Assembly: GCA_963663965.2 (NCBI GenBank)
Contig: CAXXFK010000028.1
Span: 589,212 to 653,211 of the forward strand
Direction: 5' to 3'
DNA: 64,000 bases
Source: Sedimentisphaerales bacterium
GTDB taxonomy: Bacteria > Planctomycetota > Phycisphaerae > Sedimentisphaerales > SM23-30
The notes under the pieces were generated by a model. That model saw nothing but the letters and a program-made list of their open reading frames with translations. It was not told where the DNA came from and searched no databases. Positions 1 to 10,800 of this stretch are shown here, piece after piece. A program made the position numbers and the translations under genes. Positions within the stretch are counted from its first letter, which is position 1, and each line of letters opens with the position of its first letter.

Positions 1-68
1 ATAGCGGTGATGGGAATCGAAAAGGCCAATAAAATAGCAAACTGGGGCATTTCAAAAAGATTGTTCAT
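1..68 (-). CDS. 5' end of a probable membrane or exported protein, running off the window
   Basis: ATG at 68 preceded by GAGGT; reads MNNLFEMPQFAILLAFSIPITA (hydrophobic). Confidence 0.55.
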   Translation of the reverse strand, partial: MNNLFEMPQFAILLAFSIPITA

Positions 69-356
69 GGCTACCTCGTACCCAATGGGTATGAAAATTT
101 TCGAGCGCTCGCAATATAAGTTTTTACTCGTGTAGAACTTATATTACGGCCCAGCGGGCATTTTCAATTGTTAGCAGTATCAACACTGTTGTTCTCATGA
201 CAACGGCTGGGATCGGAGTCGTGTTTCGGAGTGCATTATTACAGGAAATTGGGGATTGCCAAAGTTAAAAACAGGCAAAGCGGGGCAATTTGAATGGGCA
301 GCCGTGGCCAGGTTGCTGGTAAGTTGTTGTTAAAAAAGGAGTAAGTTGTTCTTAGG

Positions 357-1067
357 TCAGTTGGCCCGCTCCAGCAGGAATTTGCGGTAGATCTGGTAGT
401 GGCTGGTTTGTTCGTATTGGATGGGTCGGACGGTTTCGTGGTCGAAGCTGTAGATGGTGGCGTTGGGGCAGGCCAGCAGGATGGGGGAATGGGTGGCGAT
501 GATAAACTGGGCATGGCCGGCGTGAGTGTTCCGGGCGATGACATCCAGCAGTTCCAGCTGGCTGCGCGGAGAGAGGGCGGTTTCGGGTTCGTCCAGCAGG
601 TAGATGCCCTTTTTCTGGTAGCGGGAGCGGAAATAAGACATGACGGATTGGCCGTGGGACTGGGTGATCAGGGATTTGCCGCCGAAATGCTGCAATTGCT
701 GCGGGTCGGCGGCGGCCCATTCATCAAGAATGGAAGCGAAGTCCTTGAAGGTTTCGGAGCCGAAATAGGCGCCGGGTACCTTGCCGTCGGACCATTGCAC
801 GGCCAGACAATACTGTAAAAATGTTTCGTACTGGTTGAATTGATAACGGCGGCCATCCGATTTTCGCCAGATGTGAATCCCGCTGCCTTGGGCCAGCGCT
901 TCCAACAGGGTGGATTTGCCCGCGCCGTTTTCGCCGACGAACAGGGTGACGGGGGTGTCGAATTCGATCTGCCGGGTCTGCTGGAAAATGGGCAGGTTGA
1001 AGGGGTAGTGGTCCCGGGTAGGGTATTTTTCGTGTAATAAGGTGACGCTGGTTATGTGATTAGTCAT
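357..1067 (-). CDS. Predicted ABC-type/AAA ATPase (COG3910-like)
   Basis: Walker A GENGAGKST, QSHGQS signature, Walker B YLLDEPE, IIATHSP. Confidence 0.9.
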   Translation of the reverse strand: MTNHITSVTLLHEKYPTRDHYPFNLPIFQQTRQIEFDTPVTLFVGENGAGKSTLLEALAQGSGIHIWRKSDGRRYQFNQYETFLQYCLAVQWSDGKVPGAYFGSETFKDFASILDEWAAADPQQLQHFGGKSLITQSHGQSVMSYFRSRYQKKGIYLLDEPETALSPRSQLELLDVIARNTHAGHAQFIIATHSPILLACPNATIYSFDHETVRPIQYEQTSHYQIYRKFLLERAN

Positions 1068-1191
1068 GGTGCTTCCTTGATGTTCTGCGAGTCGCTTTTT
1101 ATTTCCGGGTTATCTGAGACTCAAGATGACGAGACGCAAGGCATTGCGTCTCTACCTGTCAAACTGCAAAGTCAGTATCTGGGCGTTCGGA

Positions 1192-2673
1192 TTATTGGGG
1201 CCGGGCGCCTTGCCAGCCTTTGCGCCATTGGGCCATGAGGCGCTGGACCAGTTGGGTGTGGGTGGTGTCGTTGGCGATATTGGTGTTTTCCTGGGGGTCG
1301 GTCTGGTGGTCGTAGAGTTCGGTGGCTTCGATTTTGGTATGATCGTTGCGCTGGACCCAGACGGTAAAGCGGTAGCGGTCGGTGCGCATGGTGTAGCCCA
1401 TGAGAGGTTTGCGATTGTAGCTGCGGGGGTACTGGCTGAATACGGCGGGTTTCCAGGGGCGTTGCGGGTTGTCCAGCACGGGTTTGAAACTGGCGCCTTC
1501 CAGATGGCCGGGCAGGGGCAGGCCGGCCAGATCGCACAGGGTGGGGTAGATATCGACGAATTCAACCAGGGCGTCGGTACGCTTGCCGGCCTGTTTCATG
1601 TTGGGAACCGACAGGATCAGCGGGGCGTTGGTGTCGTTTTCGCAGTTGCTGTGTTTGCACCAGGCGTCGTGTTCGCCCAGCTTCCAGCCGTGATCGCCCC
1701 AGACGATGATGATGGTATTCCGGCGCAGGTCCAGGCGGTCCAGTTCATCCAGCACCTTGCCGATTTGCGCGTCGGTATAGCTGGTGGCGGCGTAATAGCC
1801 GTGTTTGAGCTGACGGGCCAGGTCATCGGGGATGGATTCCTTGGGGATACCGTGATAGGAACGCATTTCACCGCCGGGGAGGATGGCGTATTCGGGGGCG
1901 TCTTTGGGCAGAAATTTGTTGGGAGCCAGTTGAATTTGGGCCGGATCGTAGAGGTCCCAGTAGCGCTTGGGCGAGACGAAGGGGAGATGGGGCTTGACGA
2001 ATCCAACGGCCAGGAAGAATGGCTCCTCTTTAGCGGCCAGGTCACGCAGTGTTTTTACCGCCAGTTCGGCGACTTTGCCATCGGTGAAGGTGTTGTCGGG
2101 GACATCGGCGCCTTCGAAGGCAGGGCCGCGGGTGTCAAAACCGGAGATTTTCTGGCGTTTGCCGTTTGCGTCGATTTTGTATTGACGCTGGTTGAGCGAC
2201 AGGTTTTCCGGCAGGGCATAGCCCACGCCGGTGGGATTTTGCCAGGGGACGGACCAGGTGGGCGGATCGTCGTAGCCGCCGTGGTAAATCTTGCCCATAC
2301 CCTGCACGAAATAGCCGTTCTGTTTGAAATGCTGGCCGAGAGTGACCACGTTGGGGACTGCGGTCCGGAAATGGGTGACTAAATCCCAGACGCGGGTAGT
2401 ATCGGGCCGCATACCGGTCATCAGGCTGGTACGCGAGGGGGAGCAGACGGCCTGCTGGCAATAGGCGCGATTGAAGACCATGCCGACTTTGGCCAGCTGG
2501 TCGAGATTGGGGCTTTTGATATAATCGCAGCCGTAACAGCCCAGTTCGGGACGCAGATCATCGACGGCGATGAAGAGGATATTGGGCCGGGCCGGAGAGG
2601 AGTCGGCGGCCGGGAGTGAAGAATTCATAATTGCCAGACACAACAGGAGCAGAAAGGACAGTGAGTACTTCAT
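1192..2673 (-). CDS. Exported Cys-type sulfatase (iduronate-2-sulfatase-like)
   Basis: Signal peptide, PNILFIAVDDLR, CSPSR formylglycine motif, GKIYH, GDHGW. Confidence 0.95.
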   Translation of the reverse strand: MKYSLSFLLLLCLAIMNSSLPAADSSPARPNILFIAVDDLRPELGCYGCDYIKSPNLDQLAKVGMVFNRAYCQQAVCSPSRTSLMTGMRPDTTRVWDLVTHFRTAVPNVVTLGQHFKQNGYFVQGMGKIYHGGYDDPPTWSVPWQNPTGVGYALPENLSLNQRQYKIDANGKRQKISGFDTRGPAFEGADVPDNTFTDGKVAELAVKTLRDLAAKEEPFFLAVGFVKPHLPFVSPKRYWDLYDPAQIQLAPNKFLPKDAPEYAILPGGEMRSYHGIPKESIPDDLARQLKHGYYAATSYTDAQIGKVLDELDRLDLRRNTIIIVWGDHGWKLGEHDAWCKHSNCENDTNAPLILSVPNMKQAGKRTDALVEFVDIYPTLCDLAGLPLPGHLEGASFKPVLDNPQRPWKPAVFSQYPRSYNRKPLMGYTMRTDRYRFTVWVQRNDHTKIEATELYDHQTDPQENTNIANDTTHTQLVQRLMAQWRKGWQGARPQ

Positions 2674-2836
2674 TAGCAGGTTCCTTAACAGGCGTTGGCA
2701 GCAACGTTACACCAAAATAATGACATCTATTATATAAAGAAAAGGCGCGATGGGAAGAGAACGTTGTAACTCCCTCTGGATTAAGAGATTAATAAACGGG
2801 ACGTTCTGTTTATACAGGAATGTGCCGCAGGGCTTA

Positions 2837-3015
2837 GGGACCGTCAATAAATAAATACTGCATTTCTCATCCCATCTTGCCGCCATCTTCAGCCGCTTCT
2901 CAATCGCAAAATCCTCGACATAGAACAGCTATGCCTGCGGTTTTGCTCAATCGGCGCGACTGAATCTGACGACAAGCTGGGCGATAAATTGCAGCATTTA
3001 TTTATTTACAGCCCC
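2837..3015. mobile_element. 179-bp MITE-like element with imperfect terminal inverted repeats and TTA target duplication
   Basis: Left GGGACCGTCAATAAATAAATACTGCATTT vs reverse complement of right end GGGGCTGTAAATAAATAAATGCTGCAATTT; TTA at 2834-2836 and 3016-3018; partial second copy at 52384-52494. Confidence 0.8.
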
Positions 3016-3157
3016 TTACTCATTGCATAGAAAGTAGAATCTGTGAATAAAATCGGGTTCGATGTCGTTTAGGAACAGGAACGTGCGATTAAATTTTATG
3101 GGGAAGCCCCATCTGAAGACAAAAAAACAAAAGAATGAATGAACAGGAAGTTCATAT

Positions 3158-4267
3158 ATGAAACAGATTGTTACTGTACTGATGATTGTGGGTGGCATGA
3201 TGCTGCCAGTGTGGTCCCAGGAAGCCAAAGAGGAACGTTCAACTAAAAATAACCGTTTGACTTTGGGGGCTTATTATTTCGATGGCTGGTCGGGGAAGAG
3301 CCAGTGGGCAGATGATCCGGGGCAGCCGTGGGCTAAGTATGCGCCGACGCATCTGACGCGGCGGATGATTGAGGAATTTCCGGACCGGGAACCGCTGTGG
3401 GGCTGGCGGGATGACAGCGCGGCCATTATGACGCGGCAGATCGATCTGGCGGCGGAGCATGGGCTGGATTTTTTTGCTTTCTGCTGGTACTGGCATGATA
3501 ACGGAGGGCCGATCAATCAACAAGCGATTCAGACCGATCCCAAGCATACGGGATTGAACCTGTTTTTGCGGGCGAAGAATAACCAGCGGCTCAAGTTCTG
3601 TCTGCTGGTGGCCAATCATGGCGGATTTGAGATTAAAGGGCCGGAGCAGTGGAAAGCGGCCGGGAAATACTGGCTGACTTATTTTAAGCATCCGCAGCAT
3701 CTGACCCTGGATGGGAAGCCGGTGATACTTATATTCAGTCCCTGGGGTGTGAGCCGTGAGGAACTGGACAGCTTGCAGGCGGCGGTTAAAGAGGGCGGTT
3801 TGCCGGGAGTGGCGGTGGCAGGCTGTGGGGGCGGAGATGTCGAAACGGGATTTGCGTATAAGGCCCATTATAATATTGTGCCCGGCTACGCGGATGGGGC
3901 GGCGGAGCATACCTTTGCTGAGTTGGCGGACGCCCAGCGGGCGGCGTGGAAAGGCAGTCCGCAGCAGCCGTATATCCCCATTATCACGGCGAACTGGGAT
4001 AAGCGGCCCTGGGAAGGGCCGGCCGGGCTGAATCAGAAAGAGGGCTGGTATTTCACCGGCCGGACTCCGGAGCAATTTGAGGCGGTGTTGCAGGACGCGG
4101 TGAAGTGGATGGATGAACATCCGGATTCGGCGACCCGGGAGCGGATGGCGTTGATTTACGCCTGGAATGAACTGGGCGAAGGGGGGTATCTGGTACCGAC
4201 GAAAGGGGATCCGGAAGGGCAGTACCTGAAGGCGATCAAATCGGTGAAGGAGTTAAAATCTGATTGA
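3158..4267 (+). CDS. Exported GH99-like/WbsX-family glycoside hydrolase domain protein
   Basis: Signal peptide; QIDLAAEHGLDFFAFCWYW, NWDKRPW and YAWNELGEGGYLVP motifs. Confidence 0.8.
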   Translation: MKQIVTVLMIVGGMMLPVWSQEAKEERSTKNNRLTLGAYYFDGWSGKSQWADDPGQPWAKYAPTHLTRRMIEEFPDREPLWGWRDDSAAIMTRQIDLAAEHGLDFFAFCWYWHDNGGPINQQAIQTDPKHTGLNLFLRAKNNQRLKFCLLVANHGGFEIKGPEQWKAAGKYWLTYFKHPQHLTLDGKPVILIFSPWGVSREELDSLQAAVKEGGLPGVAVAGCGGGDVETGFAYKAHYNIVPGYADGAAEHTFAELADAQRAAWKGSPQQPYIPIITANWDKRPWEGPAGLNQKEGWYFTGRTPEQFEAVLQDAVKWMDEHPDSATRERMALIYAWNELGEGGYLVPTKGDPEGQYLKAIKSVKELKSD

Positions 4268-4320
4268 TGATATAGGAAATGATAAACTAACTAAATTCTC
4301 TACTAGCTGGGAGAGTAATC

Positions 4321-7300
4321 ATGAACCATTGGGCGTGTCGAATCGTTGGTGTTTTTTTATGCATTGCTTTGAGTTCTGTTGGGGTACAGGCGGCTGAGGC
4401 GGAGTTTGCCTGGCAGCGGGATTACGCCAGGGTATCGGAAGCGGGGGATATTGCCTGGACGCCGGAGCCCTTTCGATTTGTGACGGGGGAGATGGTACGC
4501 AATATCGATTTTGACAATGGGTCTGACAGCAACGACGGCGCGACCCGCGAGCGGCCGTGGCGGCATCATCCGTGGGACCGGGCAGCTACCGGTCAGGCGG
4601 CAGCGGCGAAGGGGGTGGATACCTACGTGTTCAAAGGTGGGGTGATCTACCGGGGTCAGCTGACGGTTAGAGAAAAGGGGATGGCCGGGAGTCCGATTCG
4701 TCTGACGCGTGATCCGGCGTGGGGGAATGGGCCGGCGATTCTAGCGGGATCCCAGCCGGTAACCGGATGGAGCCGGGGGGCTGATCGCAGCGAAATCCCT
4801 GAGCCTCAGGCGGTGTGGAAAGCTACGCTGGATTTCGCACCGAGAACGGTCTGGATGATCGATAGCACGGGCAAGGCGATGCGGATTCCGCTGGCGCGGC
4901 ATCCGAACTGGCAGAGTCAGCCGGAAGATCATAAGGCCCAGTGGTTCAGCTGGACGAATAACCGGCATCCATTTCAGGCGAAAGAGGGATTCAGCGCGAA
5001 TGATAGCATAAACCTCCAGGGGCTCGATCCGGACTTTGTCAAGGGCGCTTTGATCTATTCGGAGTTTGGCTGGGTGATGGGGACGCCTTATCCCTCGAAG
5101 GTGGGTGATTACGATCCGGCCGATGGCTCCGTCAAGTTCGAGCGCTGGACGGGCGGGGGGAACGCATCGATTATCTTTCGGGGGATGCGGTATTATCTGG
5201 AAGACAAGCCGCAGTATCTGGATGATCCGGCAGGTGAGTTCTGGTTCGAGAAGCGCGGCCGGGGCGGGACGCTGTACCTGCGTTTGCCGGGTGGGATCGA
5301 GCCGGGTAGTGTACGGATCGAGGCGGGGCAGTATCCGGATTTGATTCTGGGGGATGATGTGGCGCATCTGGAGATTACGGGGCTGGATTTTCGCTGGACG
5401 ACGCAGCCCTGGAACCTGGATGTGGCATCGTGGGATTTCAGCAGCCAGCCCTGGGGAACCCGGCCGGACGCGGAGCCGGCCTGTATCCGGTTCTGGGGCC
5501 GGGCGCAGGATGTGCGGATCGCGAATTGCAACTTTGAGGATGTGGTGATGGGGATCCGGATGCGCGCGATCGGGATCGGTTCGCCGATTACCGATATTGT
5601 GGTGGAAGACACTGTCTTTCGCAATGGTGATGTGGGCGCGGCCCATTTTACCGCGGGAGCCGGATGGGGGTTTGCCGATCTGGTGGGGGTATTGGACAAT
5701 ATCTGTCTTTACCGGAACTATGCCACGAATGTCGGGTTTCGCGCGCCCCGTTATGAGCGCGGGTGTACCTTTGATCTGACCCATCCCCTGCGGGCCCATA
5801 TCGCCGGGAATGTGGTGGAGCGCTGCGGCGCCCAGGCGATCAATGTGGTGGCGGGAAAAGGGGCGACGCGCGGGGATGTGCCGCTGGTGCGGGTGTTGAT
5901 TCATCAGAACAAGGCCTGGAAGACCATGCAGAACGCGAACGATTTTGGCGGGATCGAAAGCTGGCAGCATGGGCCGGTTTATATCTTTAATAATCTGAGT
6001 TTCGACGCGCGGGGCCAGCAGGAGGGCCGGCGCGTTACCAATAAGCAGGTGGCCGGGTTTGGTCACGCCTATTATCTGGATGGCGGGTTCAAGAACTATC
6101 TGTTCAATAATATCGCCTGGGGGCTGTCGAACGATCCAACCAGTCCGCTGGTCAATTGCGCGGCCTTTCAGGAGATTATCAGTTATCAGAACACGTTTTT
6201 TAATAATACCGCTTATAACTATACCGTGGGTTCACGCCGGCAGGCGCCGCAGGCGGGGCGGGACAAGTTTGTCGGCAATATCTGGCAGGGGATCAGTGAG
6301 CGGGTGTTCCGTCATGCCGATCCGGCTAAAACGGCCGCCGAGGGCAACGCCCGGGACGCCGGGCCGAAAAAGGATCAATACGCGTGCGAAACGAATGTGT
6401 ACGCGCGGAATGTCTTTTATGATATTGCCCAGATGGGAGTGTTTGAGCCTTCCGGGCGCTGGCTGGAGACCCTCAACGATTTTCAAACCGCGCTGAAAAA
6501 GGAAAACAGCCTGGTTTCTTATCTGGGTTTTATGGATACGGCTCAATCCCTGCGCAATCCCGGGCAGGGGGACTTCCGGCTGAAGGCCGGGTCCAAAGCG
6601 GTTGACAGCGGGGCGGTGGTTTTTGTGCCGTGGTCGCTTTATGGCGTGGCGGCGGAGTGGAATTTTTATCATGCCGGTGATGAAGTTACACGGATTCTCG
6701 ATGAGCACTGGTATGCCAAAGACTATCTGACCGGTCGGGATGATTATTATCTGCAACCCATGTATCCGTTGACCGGGGTAAATATCGGTTCGGAGGATTA
6801 TGTGGATGGGCCGCTGGAAAATTTTGTGGCCGGGGCGTTGCAGCTGACGCCGGCTAAAAAGAGCTACGCGGTGCTGACGCATGCCGATTTGACCCGGCCC
6901 TATACGGTGAAGCTGGCGACGCGGGCCAACCATGGCCAGGATCCGCTGGTTAAGGAGGTAACCTATGTTGGGGATGATCTGAAGACGGCCGCGATCGAGA
7001 ATGGCAATTTTCTGATTGAGGTCTATTTCAAGGCGGGTGCGGATGGCCTGATTGTGGGCAAGAAGCAGGGAGCGGGTTATCGGCTGTCGCTGCGAGAGGG
7101 TCGGGCCCGGTTTGAGGTGGCCGGAGATGGAGGGTTACGGGCGGAATTGATCTCACAGCAGCAACTGGCCGATGGGCAGTGGCACCATCTGGTGGCAGAG
7201 GCGGACCGGCAGGCTAAAACGCTGGCGCTTTATGTCGATGGCAAGCTGGTTCAACGCGGGGCTGGATTGGGGCCGGTTTCGCTGGCGAATGAAAGTGATT

Positions 7301-7503
7301 TGTTTGTGGGCGGCAGTCCGGATGGGGATTACCTGGATGGCACGCTGGAATTCATGCGGATTGCCCGCGGGACGCTGGCGGATGCTTTTACGACGATTGA
7401 GGAACTCTACGCCTGGGAATTTGACGGCCCGGCCCGGCGCGATATGAGCGGCGCTGCTGTCAGAGGGCGCGGGCGTGACGCGGGCGCGATTGAGAGTTTT
7501 TGA
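4321..7503 (+). CDS. Large exported protein with right-handed beta-helix region and C-terminal LamG-like domain
   Basis: Signal peptide; Asn-rich beta-helix-like repeats; DFRLKAGSKAVDSG; LADGQWHHLV..ALYVDGK LamG motif. Confidence 0.8.
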   Translation: MNHWACRIVGVFLCIALSSVGVQAAEAEFAWQRDYARVSEAGDIAWTPEPFRFVTGEMVRNIDFDNGSDSNDGATRERPWRHHPWDRAATGQAAAAKGVDTYVFKGGVIYRGQLTVREKGMAGSPIRLTRDPAWGNGPAILAGSQPVTGWSRGADRSEIPEPQAVWKATLDFAPRTVWMIDSTGKAMRIPLARHPNWQSQPEDHKAQWFSWTNNRHPFQAKEGFSANDSINLQGLDPDFVKGALIYSEFGWVMGTPYPSKVGDYDPADGSVKFERWTGGGNASIIFRGMRYYLEDKPQYLDDPAGEFWFEKRGRGGTLYLRLPGGIEPGSVRIEAGQYPDLILGDDVAHLEITGLDFRWTTQPWNLDVASWDFSSQPWGTRPDAEPACIRFWGRAQDVRIANCNFEDVVMGIRMRAIGIGSPITDIVVEDTVFRNGDVGAAHFTAGAGWGFADLVGVLDNICLYRNYATNVGFRAPRYERGCTFDLTHPLRAHIAGNVVERCGAQAINVVAGKGATRGDVPLVRVLIHQNKAWKTMQNANDFGGIESWQHGPVYIFNNLSFDARGQQEGRRVTNKQVAGFGHAYYLDGGFKNYLFNNIAWGLSNDPTSPLVNCAAFQEIISYQNTFFNNTAYNYTVGSRRQAPQAGRDKFVGNIWQGISERVFRHADPAKTAAEGNARDAGPKKDQYACETNVYARNVFYDIAQMGVFEPSGRWLETLNDFQTALKKENSLVSYLGFMDTAQSLRNPGQGDFRLKAGSKAVDSGAVVFVPWSLYGVAAEWNFYHAGDEVTRILDEHWYAKDYLTGRDDYYLQPMYPLTGVNIGSEDYVDGPLENFVAGALQLTPAKKSYAVLTHADLTRPYTVKLATRANHGQDPLVKEVTYVGDDLKTAAIENGNFLIEVYFKAGADGLIVGKKQGAGYRLSLREGRARFEVAGDGGLRAELISQQQLADGQWHHLVAEADRQAKTLALYVDGKLVQRGAGLGPVSLANESDLFVGGSPDGDYLDGTLEFMRIARGTLADAFTTIEELYAWEFDGPARRDMSGAAVRGRGRDAGAIESF

Positions 7504-7518
7504 TTGGGTTGGGGGAGA
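7372..7518 (+). repeat. 147-bp direct repeat, copy 1 (3' end of the 4321-7503 gene plus flank)
   Basis: Near-identical to 11535-11681. Confidence 0.95.
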
Positions 7519-7893
7519 CGCACCCGCAAGCTGTGGTTGCAGGTGGCATACCGATCAGAGAGACTGAGGTCACTGGCCGGTCTATCCTCCTCTCAGGCCA
7601 CTCAAATGTAATGACAGGTGGTTTTTACGGTAAAATATTGCCAAAATTCCACACTTTTTTCTGGACCTAACAAAATAGTCATAGATGCGAGATGATTTTC
7701 AAAGATTAACTTCTTTTTAGGTTGCCTGTTGTCGATAAGAGACTATAACATGATGAGGAAGATGAGTTTATTATTAACCCGGAGATTGGGAGGGCTGGGG
7801 GAATCTGATTTCTGAAAATTCTACGTCAGGTACGCCTTGTTGTTGTGTGAAAGAGATTTTGTATAACGATAGACGCTTTAAGGAGATGGAACG

Positions 7894-10800
7894 TTGAGGA
7901 TGGGTATATTAAAAAGGATATTTGCTATGTATAGAAAATTCTTGTTTTCCGCGATTGTCTTAATCTTGACGCTTAATTGCTCTTGGGCCGATAAACCCGA
8001 ATATGTCTCAAATGGCAAGCGGTATATGACTGAGCGTATGCTCATCATGAAGAGCGACAAGAAGATACTTCGTGAACATAAGTTCCAGGAATGGGAGCAG
8101 GAAAAGCGTGAAATTATTCCGGTCATTATTAACCTCAATATCTGTTCAGAAGATGAAGGAGCGGATATCCCAGCAGAGATGGTGTTGGAAGAACGAATTA
8201 TTGTTCAGCAGGATCGAATTCTTGATAAATTGCTGAAGAATAAGAAAGTTAGAATCCGTTACATCTTCCAACTTATACCATCTATTTCTTGCGAGATTCC
8301 AGCCAATCTCCTGAACTCTTTATCCATAAATCCAATAATAGATTCTGTTGAGCCAATTGAAAAAGGAAAGCTGCTGACCAAGCAGGGTATTCCACAAATT
8401 GGAGGAGATGTTTACAGGTCTCAATACACCGGAAATGGTATTTCTATTGCTATAGTCGATAATGGTATTGAGGCCGACCATCCCTATCTTGGAGACGGAG
8501 AATTTGGCGTTTTAACAGCAAAAATTAAAGGCGGGAGAAGTTTTGTTCCAGGTGATGGATCCTATGTAACCCCTTCAGACACCCACGGTACAGCATGTGC
8601 CGGAATTGCAGCAGGAGGCTTAGATTATAAGGAGTTAAACGATGATTATATCGGAGGTGTTGCTTATAATTCTCATCTCTATTCTTTGAAAATACTTGAA
8701 GGAAAAAATGATATTGAATCCGATGTTGTGTGTTCTGCGATTGAGTGGTGTACACTTCAAAAAGAATACGTAGATTCGAGTTTGCTCGTAATAAGTATGA
8801 GTTTTGGGGTAAATGGTTTTTTGAGCCCCTACGATGGATATTGCGACAATAAATACACTTCTTTATACAATGCAGTAAATGTTGCAAAAGGTAAAGGAAT
8901 TACTTTGGTCGCTGCTTCAGGTAACGATGGAGATACCAATGGTATGAATAGCCCTGCTTGCTTATCAAATGTAATCTCTGTGGGTGCAGTATACGATAAT
9001 TCTATACCAAACTACAAGTATATAGATAATAATACTGTCATCTGTGGACCTGAGCAGGGTGAACCGGATAAGGTGGCTTGTTTTTCTAACAGTTCTTGGA
9101 GCTTGGATTTGTTAGCACCATCATATCAGGCGGCTACCACTATAATAGGCGGGTCTATCTATGACGGTTTTTCAGGCACTTCAGCGGCTTGTCCATATGT
9201 GGCTGGAGCAGTTGCGGTCATTCAAGAAGCTGCTGATGATATACTCGGTCATTATTTGACTCCTGACGAAATCCGTGAAAAATTAACCTCAACAGGTGAC
9301 AACATTGCAGACCACAGGGCGGGCGCAAACAACAGAGTGACTCCAAGAATCAATATTGCAAAAGCCATCCAGTCGATGATGCACAAGGTAACGGTCTCTT
9401 CGGACTCGAACGGCTCTATCGACCCGATAGGTGAAGTCTATGTAAAGCCGGGAGGCAGTCTGGTTTTTAATGCGACACCTTCTGCCGGTTATGTAGTCGA
9501 TGTATGGAAGAAGAAAGGAGTTGTTGTACAAAGCGGCGGCACTTACTATCCTCTCACAAATGTAACTGCCCCATGCACCCTAGAGGTTACTTTTAAGTAT
9601 CCGGCCTCTCAAGGCACCACTGTCCCATTAACGGCAACCGAATACGCAAATATTTACAGCAACAGTCCAACTGTAAACAATACCTATGCGAATGTCATGC
9701 AAATTTACTATCAGGGACCACCCTATAACTATTGGGCGGGCTTGCTCAAGTTCAATCTAAACGGAATACCGGCGGGCAGCACCATTAACTCGGCACGATT
9801 GGAACTCAATTGCTTGCGAGATGATGGGAATAATAATATCGGCCTTTTAAAATGTATAAGCGGTTGGACACAAAGTACCGTATGCTGGAATAACGTTCCC
9901 GATACAGGCGGCGTTACTTTTAACAGCGATTCAAGCGGAGTTGGGACATGGATATGGGTCAATCCCTATTTAGATCAATATGTACAAAGCTGGATTGATG
10001 ATCCCAGCATGAATTATGGATTATTTTTAGGGGCCAATACATATGGTTTTGCTGAATTTTCCAATGGCAGTAGCGGGGTCTCTTATGTTAAACGCCCTAA
10101 GCTTGTGGTCGATTACTCAGGGCCGCCACCTGCGGATTTGATCGTCAGGGACTTAGATCCCACTCCAACTCCAGATGGCGGGGTCTATTATGTTGGTGAT
10201 ACCATTAATTGGGAGGTGGATGTCAAAAATAATTCTACACATGGGTATGCCGATGAAACAAAGGCGAGTTTTCATATCGTCTCTTCATTATCAGAGACGC
10301 TGAACGCTACCAATTTCATTGATGATCAAATCATTGAACCATTGGAACCCGGAAAGTCTGACAGCGGCTCGGTAAGCTATCCTTTTGAAGATTCTGATGT
10401 CGGCACCCGCTATGTCATTGCCAAGGCGGATTACTATGATGTCGTAGATGAGTTGGATGAAGGCAATAACACCCGTGTTTATGGGCCATTTACCGTGTCC
10501 AGGAGGGGAAGCCTGTTTGTGCTACTGGAACCGAAAGAAATTCATGACAGTGATGCTAAATGGAGCATTGATGGAACCCACTGGTATGATAGCGGCCATA
10601 CACTGACGAATATCCCCGCCGGTACATATATGCTTTCGTATCAAACGGTTGCCGACTGGAATGCGCCGGCAAGCCTGCCTGTTCATATAAACAACAATAC
10701 GACGAAATCTTTATCACGGGTGTACACTAAACGGTACGATATCGACAGAAATAATATAGTAGATCTTTCTGATTTGTCGCTACTCGCCGACAGGTGGCAG

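Noticed and set aside
1126..2382. 418-aa + strand ORF (and similar antisense ORFs at 3239-4120 and 4741-6066)
   Set aside because: Antisense shadows of well-supported genes
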